A DNA stretch of 64,000 nucleotides from a bacterium (GTDB lineage Bacteria > UBA8248 > JACPRG01 > G963555815): NCBI GenBank assembly GCA_963555815.3, contig CAUVWX020000001.1, forward strand, positions 544,001 through 608,000, in the 5' to 3' direction. Shown one piece after another: positions 1 through 9,196 of this stretch. Below the pieces are notes generated by a model. The model saw only the letters and a list, made by a program, of their open reading frames with translations, was not told where the DNA came from and did not search any database. A program made the position numbers and the translations under genes. Every line of letters begins with the position of its first letter. Position 1 is the stretch's first letter.

Positions 1-1
1 G

Positions 2-1405
2 AGGCCCATGAGCCAGGAAGATCCCGTCGGGGCGGTGAAAGCCGTTTGGCACCTGGGCGCTCGACCGGATGACCTCTCGGCCCCCAAACATCGGCCGACC
101 AAGGTAGCTGTAATTTCGGGCGACGAAGAACAGGTCCGGGGCGTAGGGGGTTTCGGGCCCGTGGTAGACCTCTTCTCGATACTGCACCGCGTCCACGATC
201 CGCTCCCCTGTCGCCGGGTCCTTCAGGGCCAGCAACGAATCGCGAAGCCGCGCGCGCAGGGCCTCGTAGGCCTCCCCCGGGGGGACGATCCCCGCTCCGT
301 CCCGCACCACATTAATGTAGATCCCTTGAGCTGGAATGCTGGGAAAAAAGGCCTGGGTCCGATCCCAGTCCAGGGTGACCTGAACGTCGGTCCGAAAGGC
401 GGACTTGGTCTGACGCACCCGCTTTCGGGCAAGGGCCTGAAGGGACTGCGGGATAAGGCGTTTTAGCCAGCCCACCTCGTTCAGCCCCACGGCGTGGTAG
501 AAGAGGCGCTGCTGCAGGGCCACCCGGCCCCTCATCTTGAGGAGACCCTGCTGCTCCAGCCAGGTGCTCACGTTGATCCAGGCCTGGGTGGGTCCAAAAC
601 CGTGGTCAGACATGACAAGAAGAAGGGTATCAGAGGAAAGCCGCTCCACGAGGCGCCCGATAAAATCATCCATCAGACGATAGCAGTCAATGACCAAGCC
701 TCGAAGCCGACGGGCGATTTCGCTCCTGTAGAGTTCGGTCTCAGGGTCCAGATATTTCCAGAAGACGTGCTGGAGCCGGTCGGGCAAGATGAAGACCCCC
801 ATGAAGAAATCCCAGGGGCGGCTCTCCATAAGGTGGAAGAAAAGTTTCTGCCGCTGGGAGAAGCTTTTCCGTATCAGGTCCAGGTATGCCAGGGCGTCCT
901 CGTAGCGCTCGGCGTCGTACTTGGGCAGGTCGATATCCGGCAGGTAGTCTCCGATCTCCCGATGGATCTCCTCCTTGAGCTCCGGGGGATAGGTATAGTT
1001 CGCCTCCGGCCCCGGTGTCATCATCCCCGAGACCATGCACCCGTCCACCGCTTCGGGTGGATAGGTCATGGGGACATTGAGGATGATGGTCTTCTTTCCG
1101 ACCCCATTCAGGAGCTGCCAGAGCCGGGGGGCGCGGATAGAGGATAGACTCAGAAGGGGGCGGTCGGGATGACGGAGGGGAGAATCTCGAAAATCGAAGA
1201 CCCCGTGTTTCCCCGGGTTTACTCCCGTAATGCATGTGGACCAGGCCGTCGGTGTCACCGGTGGAACGGTGGAGGCGAGGACCCCAGAGGCTCCCCGCCT
1301 TTGGAGGTTCGCAAGATGGGGAAGCGTTCCATCCTCCATCCAGGGGCGAAGGAGATAGAAGGTGGCCCCGTCAAGACCCAGGAGGACGACCTTGGAGATG
1401 GACAT
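2..1405 (-). CDS. Alkaline phosphatase superfamily / type I phosphodiesterase-nucleotide pyrophosphatase protein (3' end runs off window; not in ORF track)
   Basis: Manual translation from ATG at 1405: MSISKVVLLGLDGATFYLLRPWMEDGTLPHL...STVPPVTPTAWSTCITGVNPGKHGVFDF, which has the GLDG and TGxxPxxHG motifs of this family. Confidence 0.85.
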   Translation of the reverse strand, partial: MSISKVVLLGLDGATFYLLRPWMEDGTLPHLANLQRRGASGVLASTVPPVTPTAWSTCITGVNPGKHGVFDFRDSPLRHPDRPLLSLSSIRAPRLWQLLNGVGKKTIILNVPMTYPPEAVDGCMVSGMMTPGPEANYTYPPELKEEIHREIGDYLPDIDLPKYDAERYEDALAYLDLIRKSFSQRQKLFFHLMESRPWDFFMGVFILPDRLQHVFWKYLDPETELYRSEIARRLRGLVIDCYRLMDDFIGRLVERLSSDTLLLVMSDHGFGPTQAWINVSTWLEQQGLLKMRGRVALQQRLFYHAVGLNEVGWLKRLIPQSLQALARKRVRQTKSAFRTDVQVTLDWDRTQAFFPSIPAQGIYINVVRDGAGIVPPGEAYEALRARLRDSLLALKDPATGERIVDAVQYREEVYHGPETPYAPDLFFVARNYSYLGRPMFGGREVIRSSAQVPNGFHRPDGIFLAHGP

Positions 1406-1486
1406 TCCTACTCACACCCTCTCAAACTAAAAACCCGCCCACGACCACGGGCCAAAGGTGGGCCCATTTCTTAACTGGAGCCAATA

Positions 1487-1538
1487 CGAGCTCTTTAACC
1501 CTCATTCAACGTATCCGAGAGCCCTCAGACGCTCCTGC
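1487..1538. repeat. 52-bp direct repeat, copy 1 (sulfatase 3' end and downstream flank)
   Basis: Matches 3621-3672 with 2 mismatches. Confidence 0.9.
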
Positions 1539-3598
1539 AGTTCTGGGTCCACTTCAACGGGCTCCAGGTTTTCAGAGTACCGGGGGTCATTCTCGACCAA
1601 TGTGATGAAATGTTCCAGTAGTGACTCCATTTCTTCCGCTATCTTTTTTTCAGAGCCGTAGATGTTTTCTTGCTCGTTCGGATCCAATTGAAGATCGAAA
1701 AGAAATCTCTCCTGCTCCGTCTCAGGCTTTTCCTGATTGATAAATTTATATCGCCCACGAACCAAAAACCGGTGAGAACTAAGCTCGCGGCCAGGGGGCT
1801 CGCGTGAGATTTCTCCATAGATGGCCGCACTGCTCTCCTCTCCATATACGAGCGGCAACAGGCTTCTTCCCTGGAAATCCCCTAGGCCCGGAAGACCGAG
1901 GAGCTCCATGAGTGTCGGCATTAGATCCACCTGGGATCCCGACCCCTCCACCTCAAGTCCCGCGGGCAAGCTGCCGGGGTACCATAAAATGAGAGGCACC
2001 CTGAGCACTTCCTCAAAGACAGTGCCTCCATGGCCAAACCCCCGATGCTCGTAGAATTCCTCTCCATGGTCAGAAACAAAGACAATCAATGTGTTATCCA
2101 AAAACCCCCTTTCCTCTAGATTCGAGAAAAGGAATTGGAAGTTGTCATCAAAGTAACGGGTCTCTCCGTCGTATTGCGCCTGAAGGTTATGTAATTCCGC
2201 ATCCGGCAATTCCGGCGTGGTTCCATCTTCAGACGGATCCGGATGCCAAGTCAGACGCTCACCCGGATAACGGGGATCGAACAAGCGATCGTAGGGTTCA
2301 GGGGGTTCATAAGGAGCGTGGGGATCTAAGTAGTGCAAATAGACAAAGAATTTCGTCCTCTGGCCATCATAGTTTTCCACAAATGTCACATAATCGACGT
2401 AGTTCAAGACTCCACGTGTAAACTTGTCCGCACGAGGATTGCGATTTTCTATCTCCTCTCGGTTATCATTCCCGTCTCCATCAACCTCCTGAATTAGACG
2501 AAATGCCCTGCGGAGGAGGTGGCTTTTCTTCCTATCAACGATGAAAAGGCTGGTTACAACCCTATCGGACAAAGAAACAAATTTCTTCCAAACGAGAATG
2601 CGTGGCAAAAAAACGAACTTTTTCCAGACGAAAACATTCTCTAGCGACGGTTCACTGGCGAGGATCAGGGAAGGATATATCGGCGGATTTGGAACACTAG
2701 ATCTCTGGTGGTTTCGCCTGAAGGGATTCCACATCGGGTTGTGATAGTCGCATCCTACAAGCAGGCCACTGCTTTCAGTAATCAATGGGTTCGCGATAAA
2801 CGCAGCTGTGTTGTATCCGCGTCCGCGCAGAATCTCACAAAGCGCCTTAACCGGTGCCTTCTTTTGGAATGACGTTCCGTTTATTCCATGGACTGAGGGA
2901 AATACACCGGTCAAAATCGTTGCCGTCGCCGGCGGAGTCCAACTCGCGTTCGCATAGAAATTCGTAAATTTCACCCCCTCTCCCGCGAGCCTTGAAATAA
3001 AAGGGGACGTCTCCCTGGAATAGCCGTATGTGAAGAGCCGATCGGCCCGCAACGTATCCACAAGCACCAGGAGCACATTTGGAAGTGAGCGGTCTTCGTT
3101 CCGGACCTCGCGGAGACTTTTTAGAGAATAAAATGGCCGTGCAAATTCGTAGGAAAGAAAGGCTAGCATGGAAACGGTGACACCCAGCGCAAACATGCGG
3201 GCCAGTCGCCTGGGTGTATATATCAGTCCGAACCAAAGGGCCGTGGCGATCACGATGGCCGCAGGGATCGTGAAGATGAGTCTTCGGCCGATAAAAATGG
3301 TGAACGCCAACGCGAGGAACACAACGAGGTGGAATAAAAACGTGTTTCGGCCCTGCGCCCGGCGGTCGCGATCTCCCAAAAGGCGCGAATACAGGAGAAA
3401 ATGGCCCGCTGAGACTGGGAGAATCATCAAGGAGTTCAAAATGATGGCGGAGATCAGGAGATCCAAAAGATCGATCGCCGCGAAGGGATTGATCTCAGGT
3501 CTTTGGAAGGCCAGGAGGGCCGTTTCAAATACGCCCAGGCCTGCTGAGACCGCCAGCCATCCCAAAAAATCTCGCCGAAGTAGGGACCAGCGGTTCAT
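1502..3598 (-). CDS. Membrane-anchored sulfatase-like hydrolase/transferase
   Basis: N-terminal TM helices; PNVLLVLVDTLRAD, SWTPPATATILTG, HYLDPHAPY, SDHGEEF and C-terminal ERLRALGYVE motifs. Confidence 0.85.
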   Translation of the reverse strand: MNRWSLLRRDFLGWLAVSAGLGVFETALLAFQRPEINPFAAIDLLDLLISAIILNSLMILPVSAGHFLLYSRLLGDRDRRAQGRNTFLFHLVVFLALAFTIFIGRRLIFTIPAAIVIATALWFGLIYTPRRLARMFALGVTVSMLAFLSYEFARPFYSLKSLREVRNEDRSLPNVLLVLVDTLRADRLFTYGYSRETSPFISRLAGEGVKFTNFYANASWTPPATATILTGVFPSVHGINGTSFQKKAPVKALCEILRGRGYNTAAFIANPLITESSGLLVGCDYHNPMWNPFRRNHQRSSVPNPPIYPSLILASEPSLENVFVWKKFVFLPRILVWKKFVSLSDRVVTSLFIVDRKKSHLLRRAFRLIQEVDGDGNDNREEIENRNPRADKFTRGVLNYVDYVTFVENYDGQRTKFFVYLHYLDPHAPYEPPEPYDRLFDPRYPGERLTWHPDPSEDGTTPELPDAELHNLQAQYDGETRYFDDNFQFLFSNLEERGFLDNTLIVFVSDHGEEFYEHRGFGHGGTVFEEVLRVPLILWYPGSLPAGLEVEGSGSQVDLMPTLMELLGLPGLGDFQGRSLLPLVYGEESSAAIYGEISREPPGRELSSHRFLVRGRYKFINQEKPETEQERFLFDLQLDPNEQENIYGSEKKIAEEMESLLEHFITLVENDPRYSENLEPVEVDPELQERLRALGYVE

Positions 3599-3620
3599 AC
3601 TGTGTGCACCAAGCTCGAGT

Positions 3621-3672
3621 CGAGCCCTTTAACCCTCATTCAACGTATCCGAGAGCCTTCAGACGCTCCTGC
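3621..3672. repeat. 52-bp direct repeat, copy 2
   Basis: cgagccctttaaccctcattcaacgtatccgagagccttcagacgctcctgc matches 1487-1538. Confidence 0.9.
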
Positions 3673-3779
3673 GGTATCGTCGGCGGGGCCGTGGAGGCGA
3701 GCAGGCTTTCCAGGTCAGGTGCCCCAACAACCGCCGGCCCGGCTGCCACATCCACTTCGGTGCGGAGGATGAAATGCAC
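3636..3779 (-). pseudogene. Chimeric 47-aa remnant: GcvPA-like N-terminus fused to a sulfatase C-terminus
   Basis: GTG directly after the gcvH TAA; translates MHFILRTEVDVAAGPAVVGAPDLESLLASTAPPTIPQERLKALGYVE. Confidence 0.55.
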
Positions 3780-4169
3780 TTAGCCGCCCTCCTCCTTAAC
3801 GTAGGCACCATAAGCCTCAGCGGAGAGCAGGCCATCCAGCTCGCCGAGGTCCGACATCTCAATGACAACCATCCAGCCATCCTCATAAGGGTCGGAGTTG
3901 ATCACCTCGGGCTGCTCTTCAAGAGCGGAATTGACCTGGGTCACCTTGCCCGAGACCGGGGCAAAAAGGTCGGAAACCGCTTTGACAGACTCCACCGTCC
4001 CAAAGGAATTGCTGGCTTCCATCTCAGCGCCCACCTTAGGAAGCTCCACGTGGACCACGTCCCCGAGCTCCGCCTGGGCGTGCTCCGTGATCCCCACCGT
4101 GGCGTGGCCCCCATCCACACGGACCCACTCGTGCTTCCTTGAGTACTTCAGCTCCTCAGGAAATTCCAT
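3780..4169 (-). CDS. gcvH: Glycine cleavage system H protein
   Basis: HEWVRV, GITEHAQAELGDVV, lipoyl-Lys motif ESVKAVSD, NSDPYEDGW. Confidence 0.97.
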   Translation of the reverse strand: MEFPEELKYSRKHEWVRVDGGHATVGITEHAQAELGDVVHVELPKVGAEMEASNSFGTVESVKAVSDLFAPVSGKVTQVNSALEEQPEVINSDPYEDGWMVVIEMSDLGELDGLLSAEAYGAYVKEEGG

Positions 4170-4505
4170 CGCCACGCTAGACTCCTCCCTACTCATTCAT
4201 CCCCGAAGCCACTGAGGAACAAATGGGCCCTATCTTTTCCCAGATGCCCGTCATTCGCGCCTGTCGTCGAGAACTCTGAATACCAAGATGCCAGAGAGCC
4301 TCGACCCGCGCAAGACTGAATTGGAAGGGGGCGATTGAAGGCTTCCTATTGGCTACTCGACTGCAGCATCCTCTGTATGGCAAAGGATCTGTCTATGTGT
4401 TTCCAGGATTTGATGCGGAAGGAGCGAGTGAAGGGCCCCCCCGATGTGAGGACCCTCGGAAAAGTCTGCGAACCCTAGTGCGGTCTTGGGCGGGATTTTA
4501 GTCTT

Positions 4506-5618
4506 TCAGGCCTTCACTTCTTCCCGTACGCTGAAGCGCTCCTCCAGCTGGCCCAGGCGTTCTACGACCCCTGTGTACTCGAGCTCATTCATCCCCAGCA
4601 TGGCGGGGCCTGAGAAGCCCTGGCGGCGGACCTCGACGGCCTTCTTAGAGATCTCCGCCCGGATGTGGTCCCAGAAGGGGTGATCGAAGGCGTCGGCTGG
4701 CTCAGTGAGGCGCCCCTCGTGAACGCAGAAGGCGAGGCAGCTCACGCCCGGAGGCCCGTCGAAGAAGGACATGGGGCTCCCGTAGTGAACCGGCATGAGG
4801 GGCATGTTGTGGCTTCCCCGCATGCAGCCTGCCACCAAGTGGCCGATGCTGTAGGGAGCAAGGAGCTCCCCTGTGGCGGGAAAACTGCCCTGGGAGCGGA
4901 TCAGCATGACAGGGTCATCTTTTCCGGTATAGGTCCCCGCAATATTGTGGAGTCGCGATGTGCTCACTACCGCAGCTATCTCCCCATCCAGGCGGGAGTG
5001 GACCGACTCCACCACGAACCGCGAGTTGTCCCGAAGGAGGGTGGCGATGTCGTAGAGTTCCTCTGGGGCGTTGAGCTCAATGACGCGGTCCTCCTCGGAG
5101 GAAGCCACGTCCATGATGGTTAACTTAAAGCCCTCCTTCATCTTCGGGCTCAGTATCAGGCCGGGACACCACATGGGGTCCAAAAAGGAGAGATAGACCG
5201 GGAGGTTATAGGCCCCCGGGTCCGTCTTGTCGGCCTGAAAGAAGAGGAAGGGCTCATTGGGGCGCTCCTCGAAGGTCATCTCTGCAACAGCGGGCCCCAG
5301 CCCCCGGACATTCCCCGAGAAGGCGTCCTTCAGAAGATCCTGACCCGCGCCGTAGAGCCCCTGAGATTTGGCCACTTCCGTCCCGGCCTTGAAGGCGTCC
5401 CAGGCGAGTTTATGGATGGCCTCATCGCCCGTCCCTCGAGTGTGGCTGAGGAGGATGCCGATGTCGTCTCCCGTCGCCCCCACATAGCTATCGATGGCGA
5501 TGGCGGGCCCTTCTCGCGAGACAAAGTCCCGCACCGTTTCAAGCAGTCGTTTACTCGGGCGGATATGCCCGCCCACACTTCCGATGTCCGCCTTAAGGAC
5601 ACTTAACGTAATCTCCAT
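4506..5618 (-). CDS. fbp: Bifunctional fructose-1,6-bisphosphate aldolase/phosphatase (class V FBPase)
   Basis: KADIGSVGGH, LYGAGQDLL, DKTDPGAYN, YTGKDDP and ELEY motifs. Confidence 0.93.
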   Translation of the reverse strand: MEITLSVLKADIGSVGGHIRPSKRLLETVRDFVSREGPAIAIDSYVGATGDDIGILLSHTRGTGDEAIHKLAWDAFKAGTEVAKSQGLYGAGQDLLKDAFSGNVRGLGPAVAEMTFEERPNEPFLFFQADKTDPGAYNLPVYLSFLDPMWCPGLILSPKMKEGFKLTIMDVASSEEDRVIELNAPEELYDIATLLRDNSRFVVESVHSRLDGEIAAVVSTSRLHNIAGTYTGKDDPVMLIRSQGSFPATGELLAPYSIGHLVAGCMRGSHNMPLMPVHYGSPMSFFDGPPGVSCLAFCVHEGRLTEPADAFDHPFWDHIRAEISKKAVEVRRQGFSGPAMLGMNELEYTGVVERLGQLEERFSVREEVKA

Positions 5619-5924
5619 TTCTTCTCCTCCTCACAGACGATAAAAGGCCGATATATTAAGAGAACAATAGATGCAAATGGATTGACCGAATGAAAAAACA
5701 ACTATCAGAAAAAGAGTGACGTCAGTATATCCCCCCTTCCAAAATTCGGCAAGATCTCTTTTTTTTCAGCCCGGATCACCCTTGAACCATCCCTTTCGAG
5801 AAACCTTCTATCCTCGTAAAACAACCCCCTTGGACGAGAGTCTGAAAGAGGTTAGACTGACTCCTGAAAGGAAAGACCCCTATGGGCGGACTGGGCCCTT
5901 GAGACCCTGAATGCCTTCGCTTGG

Positions 5925-6416
5925 ATGGAACCCAGGGGAATGTTGCTAAAGGTCCACCTCTTTGCAGCCATCATCTATATCGCCTCACTCTTCGCCATGG
6001 GTGTTCTGGCCATTCCCCTTCTTCGAAGGAAGGCCCCCGAGGAGTGTATGGCGCGGGTTGCCGGCATCCTCCGTTTTTATCACCCCTACGCCCTCTTCCT
6101 CCTTGGTCTCATGTTGATGACGGGGGCTTTTCTCCTGACGGATCTCAAGATCGCCATTGGGGCGAATTTCTTTACCATCACCTACAAATCCCTGAGTCTG
6201 AAACTTCTCCTCGTCTTTCTCATCATCTTTTTCAGCAGTCACCAGTTCTTTGGCGTTGGCCTCAAGCTCACCCGGGCCAATGCCCCTCTTGAGCTCCGCC
6301 AGTTCACCATGCCGATCGAGGAGCAAATGAAGGTGCTTCGGAGACTTCAGATCGGGACCTACCTCAATCTGGCCCTCGCCGTCGGCGCCTTCTATCTCGG
6401 CTGGACCATGCGCTGA
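5925..6416 (+). CDS. Hypothetical 4-TM membrane protein (loosely CopD-like)
   Basis: Four hydrophobic segments; His in the first helix. Confidence 0.6.
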   Translation: MEPRGMLLKVHLFAAIIYIASLFAMGVLAIPLLRRKAPEECMARVAGILRFYHPYALFLLGLMLMTGAFLLTDLKIAIGANFFTITYKSLSLKLLLVFLIIFFSSHQFFGVGLKLTRANAPLELRQFTMPIEEQMKVLRRLQIGTYLNLALAVGAFYLGWTMR

Positions 6417-6505
6417 GGATCTTTTAAGGGGGCACTCCGACCTTGGCGGCGCCCTCCTCCCTACAAAGGTTGTCCTGGATAGATCAGGGGCGAGCGTGAA
6501 GGCCC

Positions 6506-7345
6506 TCAGACGGAAACGGCTGCCAGGAACAGGATGAACCGCCCCATCAGCTCGCCTGTGAAGACCGTGAGGATGGCGATGTAGAAAAACCCCGTCGCAG
6601 TCCGGGTGGCGTGGATCCGAAGGCTATAGAAGATGACCAGGGCCACGAGGAGAGTCCCGAGGAGACCGAAGAGGGCTCGTCCCCAGAAGAAGACGCCCCA
6701 AGAGGAGAAGAGGGCGCCCTCCCCCCACACGGCGGCAAAGTGCCTCGGCTCAAACCCGAAGACGACGAAGGCAATCAGCGCAACCCCCTGGGCCACGAGA
6801 ACCGCCACAAGGAGCCAACTGAAACGGTGGATAAGCCTCAAGGGGAGGCTAGGGTCCACCAGATACCAGTGGCCAAAGAGCATCCCTGTGAAAACGGTCC
6901 CAAGGGCCAGAGCCGAGAGGAAGAAATTCACAGGCAAGAGACCCGCCTGAAGGCTCGACATATCGACAGTCCTGAAGACCGCCGAGCTGCTGAACAGCAC
7001 AAAGGCGCCACAGACGACGCTCAGGCCGAGGAGACCTCGGACCAGCCAGTCTCTCCAAGCGTAGAGAGATACGAGATGTAAGAAGACGAGAAGCAGATAA
7101 AGGGAAAGGCCCCCAAACTCCCGTCCCTCCCATGTGGCCCAGAGGCTCTGACTAAATAAAGAACCGAGACGGGTATACCCCTCTGGGGGGGGCTGAAGCC
7201 AGTAGCTGAAAAGGAGCATCCCGATAAAGATCCAGGTGCAGGTCTGAAAAAAACGTCGGCCGAGCGTCCGCAAGGGAACCAAGAGGAGGAGCGAGACGCC
7301 GCCGATGACGAGCTGGGCCAACACCAAACCAAAGAGACGACTCAA
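6506..7345 (-). CDS. Hypothetical multi-pass membrane protein with GHWYL motif
   Basis: About 8 TM segments; MLFGHWYLV and ATGFFYIA. Confidence 0.65.
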   Translation of the reverse strand: MSRLFGLVLAQLVIGGVSLLLLVPLRTLGRRFFQTCTWIFIGMLLFSYWLQPPPEGYTRLGSLFSQSLWATWEGREFGGLSLYLLLVFLHLVSLYAWRDWLVRGLLGLSVVCGAFVLFSSSAVFRTVDMSSLQAGLLPVNFFLSALALGTVFTGMLFGHWYLVDPSLPLRLIHRFSWLLVAVLVAQGVALIAFVVFGFEPRHFAAVWGEGALFSSWGVFFWGRALFGLLGTLLVALVIFYSLRIHATRTATGFFYIAILTVFTGELMGRFILFLAAVSV

Positions 7346-7530
7346 TGGGAAGACTCCTTCCAGAACTCCTGGGTGGCAGGCTAGGAGTTCTCCCTAAAGA
7401 TGTCAACGGGAATTGAGGGCCTCTTAAAGGCGGGCTCGAGAGGTTTTTTCAGCAACAATATTCCTTCACCCACCAGTTTTGGTTTGGCTTTTCGAAAAAA
7501 TTCTCAGCAATTCTCGGCAATCAAGAAAAG

Positions 7531-7581
7531 AGTTGACAAGAGTTGACAAGAGTTGACAAAGGAGGAAGAAAATAATACATT
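7531..7581 (+). promoter_or_regulatory. Sigma70-like promoter of csp with triplicated -35 box
   Basis: agTTGACAag x3 (7531-7560); the last TTGACA is 17 bp upstream of TACATT (7576-7581). Confidence 0.6.
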
Positions 7582-7740
7582 TTTACTGCCAGTTGTCAGG
7601 GTGCTGTTGACAGGCCGTCCGCATGGGAAGTGTGCCGCGAGCCTCAGACACGGGGTTTGCTTTTTTTTATGCCGGACCCGAAGACGCGCCGTGACAAGAG
7701 GAAACTCCTGGCCACAGGAAGAGAGGAGGTGATGAGAGGA

Positions 7741-8022
7741 ATGGCGCGTGGGACCGTCAAGTGGTTCAACGAGGCGAAGGGGTTTGGCTTTATCACCCAG
7801 GAAGACGGAAAGGACGTATTTGTCCACTTTTCGTCTATAAAGGGAGATGGCTTCAGGACCCTGGGGGAAGGCGAAGCCGTCGAGTTCGACATCGAGACGG
7901 ACGCCAAAGGCCCAAGGGCCGTGAACGTGGTGAGGGCCGGCCAACAGTCGAAGCAGCCGGGACAGCCGGGACAGCCGGGACAGCCGGGACAGCCGGAGCA
8001 GTCGGAACAGCCGGCTCCTTAA
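7741..8022 (+). CDS. Cold-shock protein with QPG-repeat C-terminal tail
   Basis: GTVKWFN, RNP1 KGFGFI and RNP2 VFVHF; upstream GAGGAGG/AGAGGA RBS. Confidence 0.95.
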   Translation: MARGTVKWFNEAKGFGFITQEDGKDVFVHFSSIKGDGFRTLGEGEAVEFDIETDAKGPRAVNVVRAGQQSKQPGQPGQPGQPGQPEQSEQPAP

Positions 8023-8083
8023 CCAGACTCATGCCAGAGGGCACAGGGAGCAGGCAAAGCCCGTTTCCAGCTCTCATGATGGC

Positions 8084-8119
8084 GACAAAGGCCCCGGAGA
8101 TTTCTCCGGGGCCTTTGTC
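8084..8119. terminator. Intrinsic terminator hairpin (probably bidirectional)
   Basis: Perfect inverted repeat gacaaaggccccggaga-tt-tctccggggcctttgtc followed by a T-rich tract, between convergent genes. Confidence 0.85.
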
Positions 8120-8206
8120 TTCTTTTGGGGACTGACAATCCTTCCCCCTCCCAGCGAATCCTCCATCAGAGCCAGCGACCCTTGTTCGAAGGAGGCCTCC
8201 TGATCT

Positions 8207-9139
8207 TTAGAAGATATTCTTGGGCAACATGGCGTGGACCCCCTTATTACTGTTCACAAGCTGGGTCACTCGAAAGTCGACGGCGATGCTGCAGAGTGTA
8301 TAGGCATCCTCTGGGCTGAGACCCTGGACCTCTACGAGAAGCTCAATCATCTCCCGAAGGGCCCCTTTCGCGGCGTCATCCAGGTCGGGGTCAAACCCCA
8401 TCGTGATGTGATGAGTCGGGGTCTCGGCGCGGGGCACCTTGAGCGAAAGATCTTTTCGGACAATCAGGGTGAAGACCCCCGTCATGGCCGTCTCGATAGC
8501 GGTCAGGTTGACCTCGCCATCCCCCTGGGCGGCGTGGCCGTCGCCGGCTGAAAAGAGGGCGCCCGGATTGAAGACGGGGAGATAGAGTGTGGTTCCGGGG
8601 ACCAGCTCCTTATTGTCCATGTTGCCGCCATACTCTCTGGGCGGGAAGCTCGAGACCCGCCCGTATCTCGGAGGCGGGGCGACCGACAGGATCCCGAAGA
8701 AGGGCCGAAGGGGCACCTGGGTGTCAGAAAGCCCTTTCGCCACCATCCGCTCCCGGTCGAGAGGAATGACAACATAGCGGGAAAGGCAAAAATCCTCGGA
8801 GAGGGTCCCCATCAGCGGCAGCATCAGATTCCAGCCCCAGTCCTGGCGGAGCTGGACATCTTCTATCCGAACCTCCAGGACATCCCCAGGCTCAGCCCCC
8901 TTCACCCAGATGGGACCGGTCATGATGTGAGGGCCGGCGCCCCTTTCCACCTCCTCGTGGATGGATTTGAGCTCCGGCAAAACCTTGACCCTGTCCTTGA
9001 GGAGATCCGGCGGCCCTCCCCCCGAGACCGTATGGACGGTCACCCGGTCTCCCGACTCAACGGAGAGAACCGGCTTGAGCCGGCTGTCAAAGAAGCCCCA
9101 ATGGACGGTCTTTGGCGAGGCGTGAAGCTCGTGCTGCAT
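8207..9139 (-). CDS. Acetamidase/formamidase family protein
   Basis: HIMTGPIWVKGAEPGD, GGNMDN and GDGHAAQGDGEV...AIE motifs. Confidence 0.92.
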   Translation of the reverse strand: MQHELHASPKTVHWGFFDSRLKPVLSVESGDRVTVHTVSGGGPPDLLKDRVKVLPELKSIHEEVERGAGPHIMTGPIWVKGAEPGDVLEVRIEDVQLRQDWGWNLMLPLMGTLSEDFCLSRYVVIPLDRERMVAKGLSDTQVPLRPFFGILSVAPPPRYGRVSSFPPREYGGNMDNKELVPGTTLYLPVFNPGALFSAGDGHAAQGDGEVNLTAIETAMTGVFTLIVRKDLSLKVPRAETPTHHITMGFDPDLDDAAKGALREMIELLVEVQGLSPEDAYTLCSIAVDFRVTQLVNSNKGVHAMLPKNIF

Positions 9140-9196
9140 CCTTCACCTCCAACAGATGAAGGCCATCGGCAAACGGCGGAACTCACTCTAAAGGAT

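Noticed and set aside
4200..4500. Glycine riboswitch upstream of gcvH
   Set aside because: The conserved GGAGA...CCGAAG...CTCTCAGG elements were not found on the minus strand.
7501..8010. CRISPR array
   Set aside because: The repeats are 9-10 bp tandem units without spacers, and no cas genes are present.
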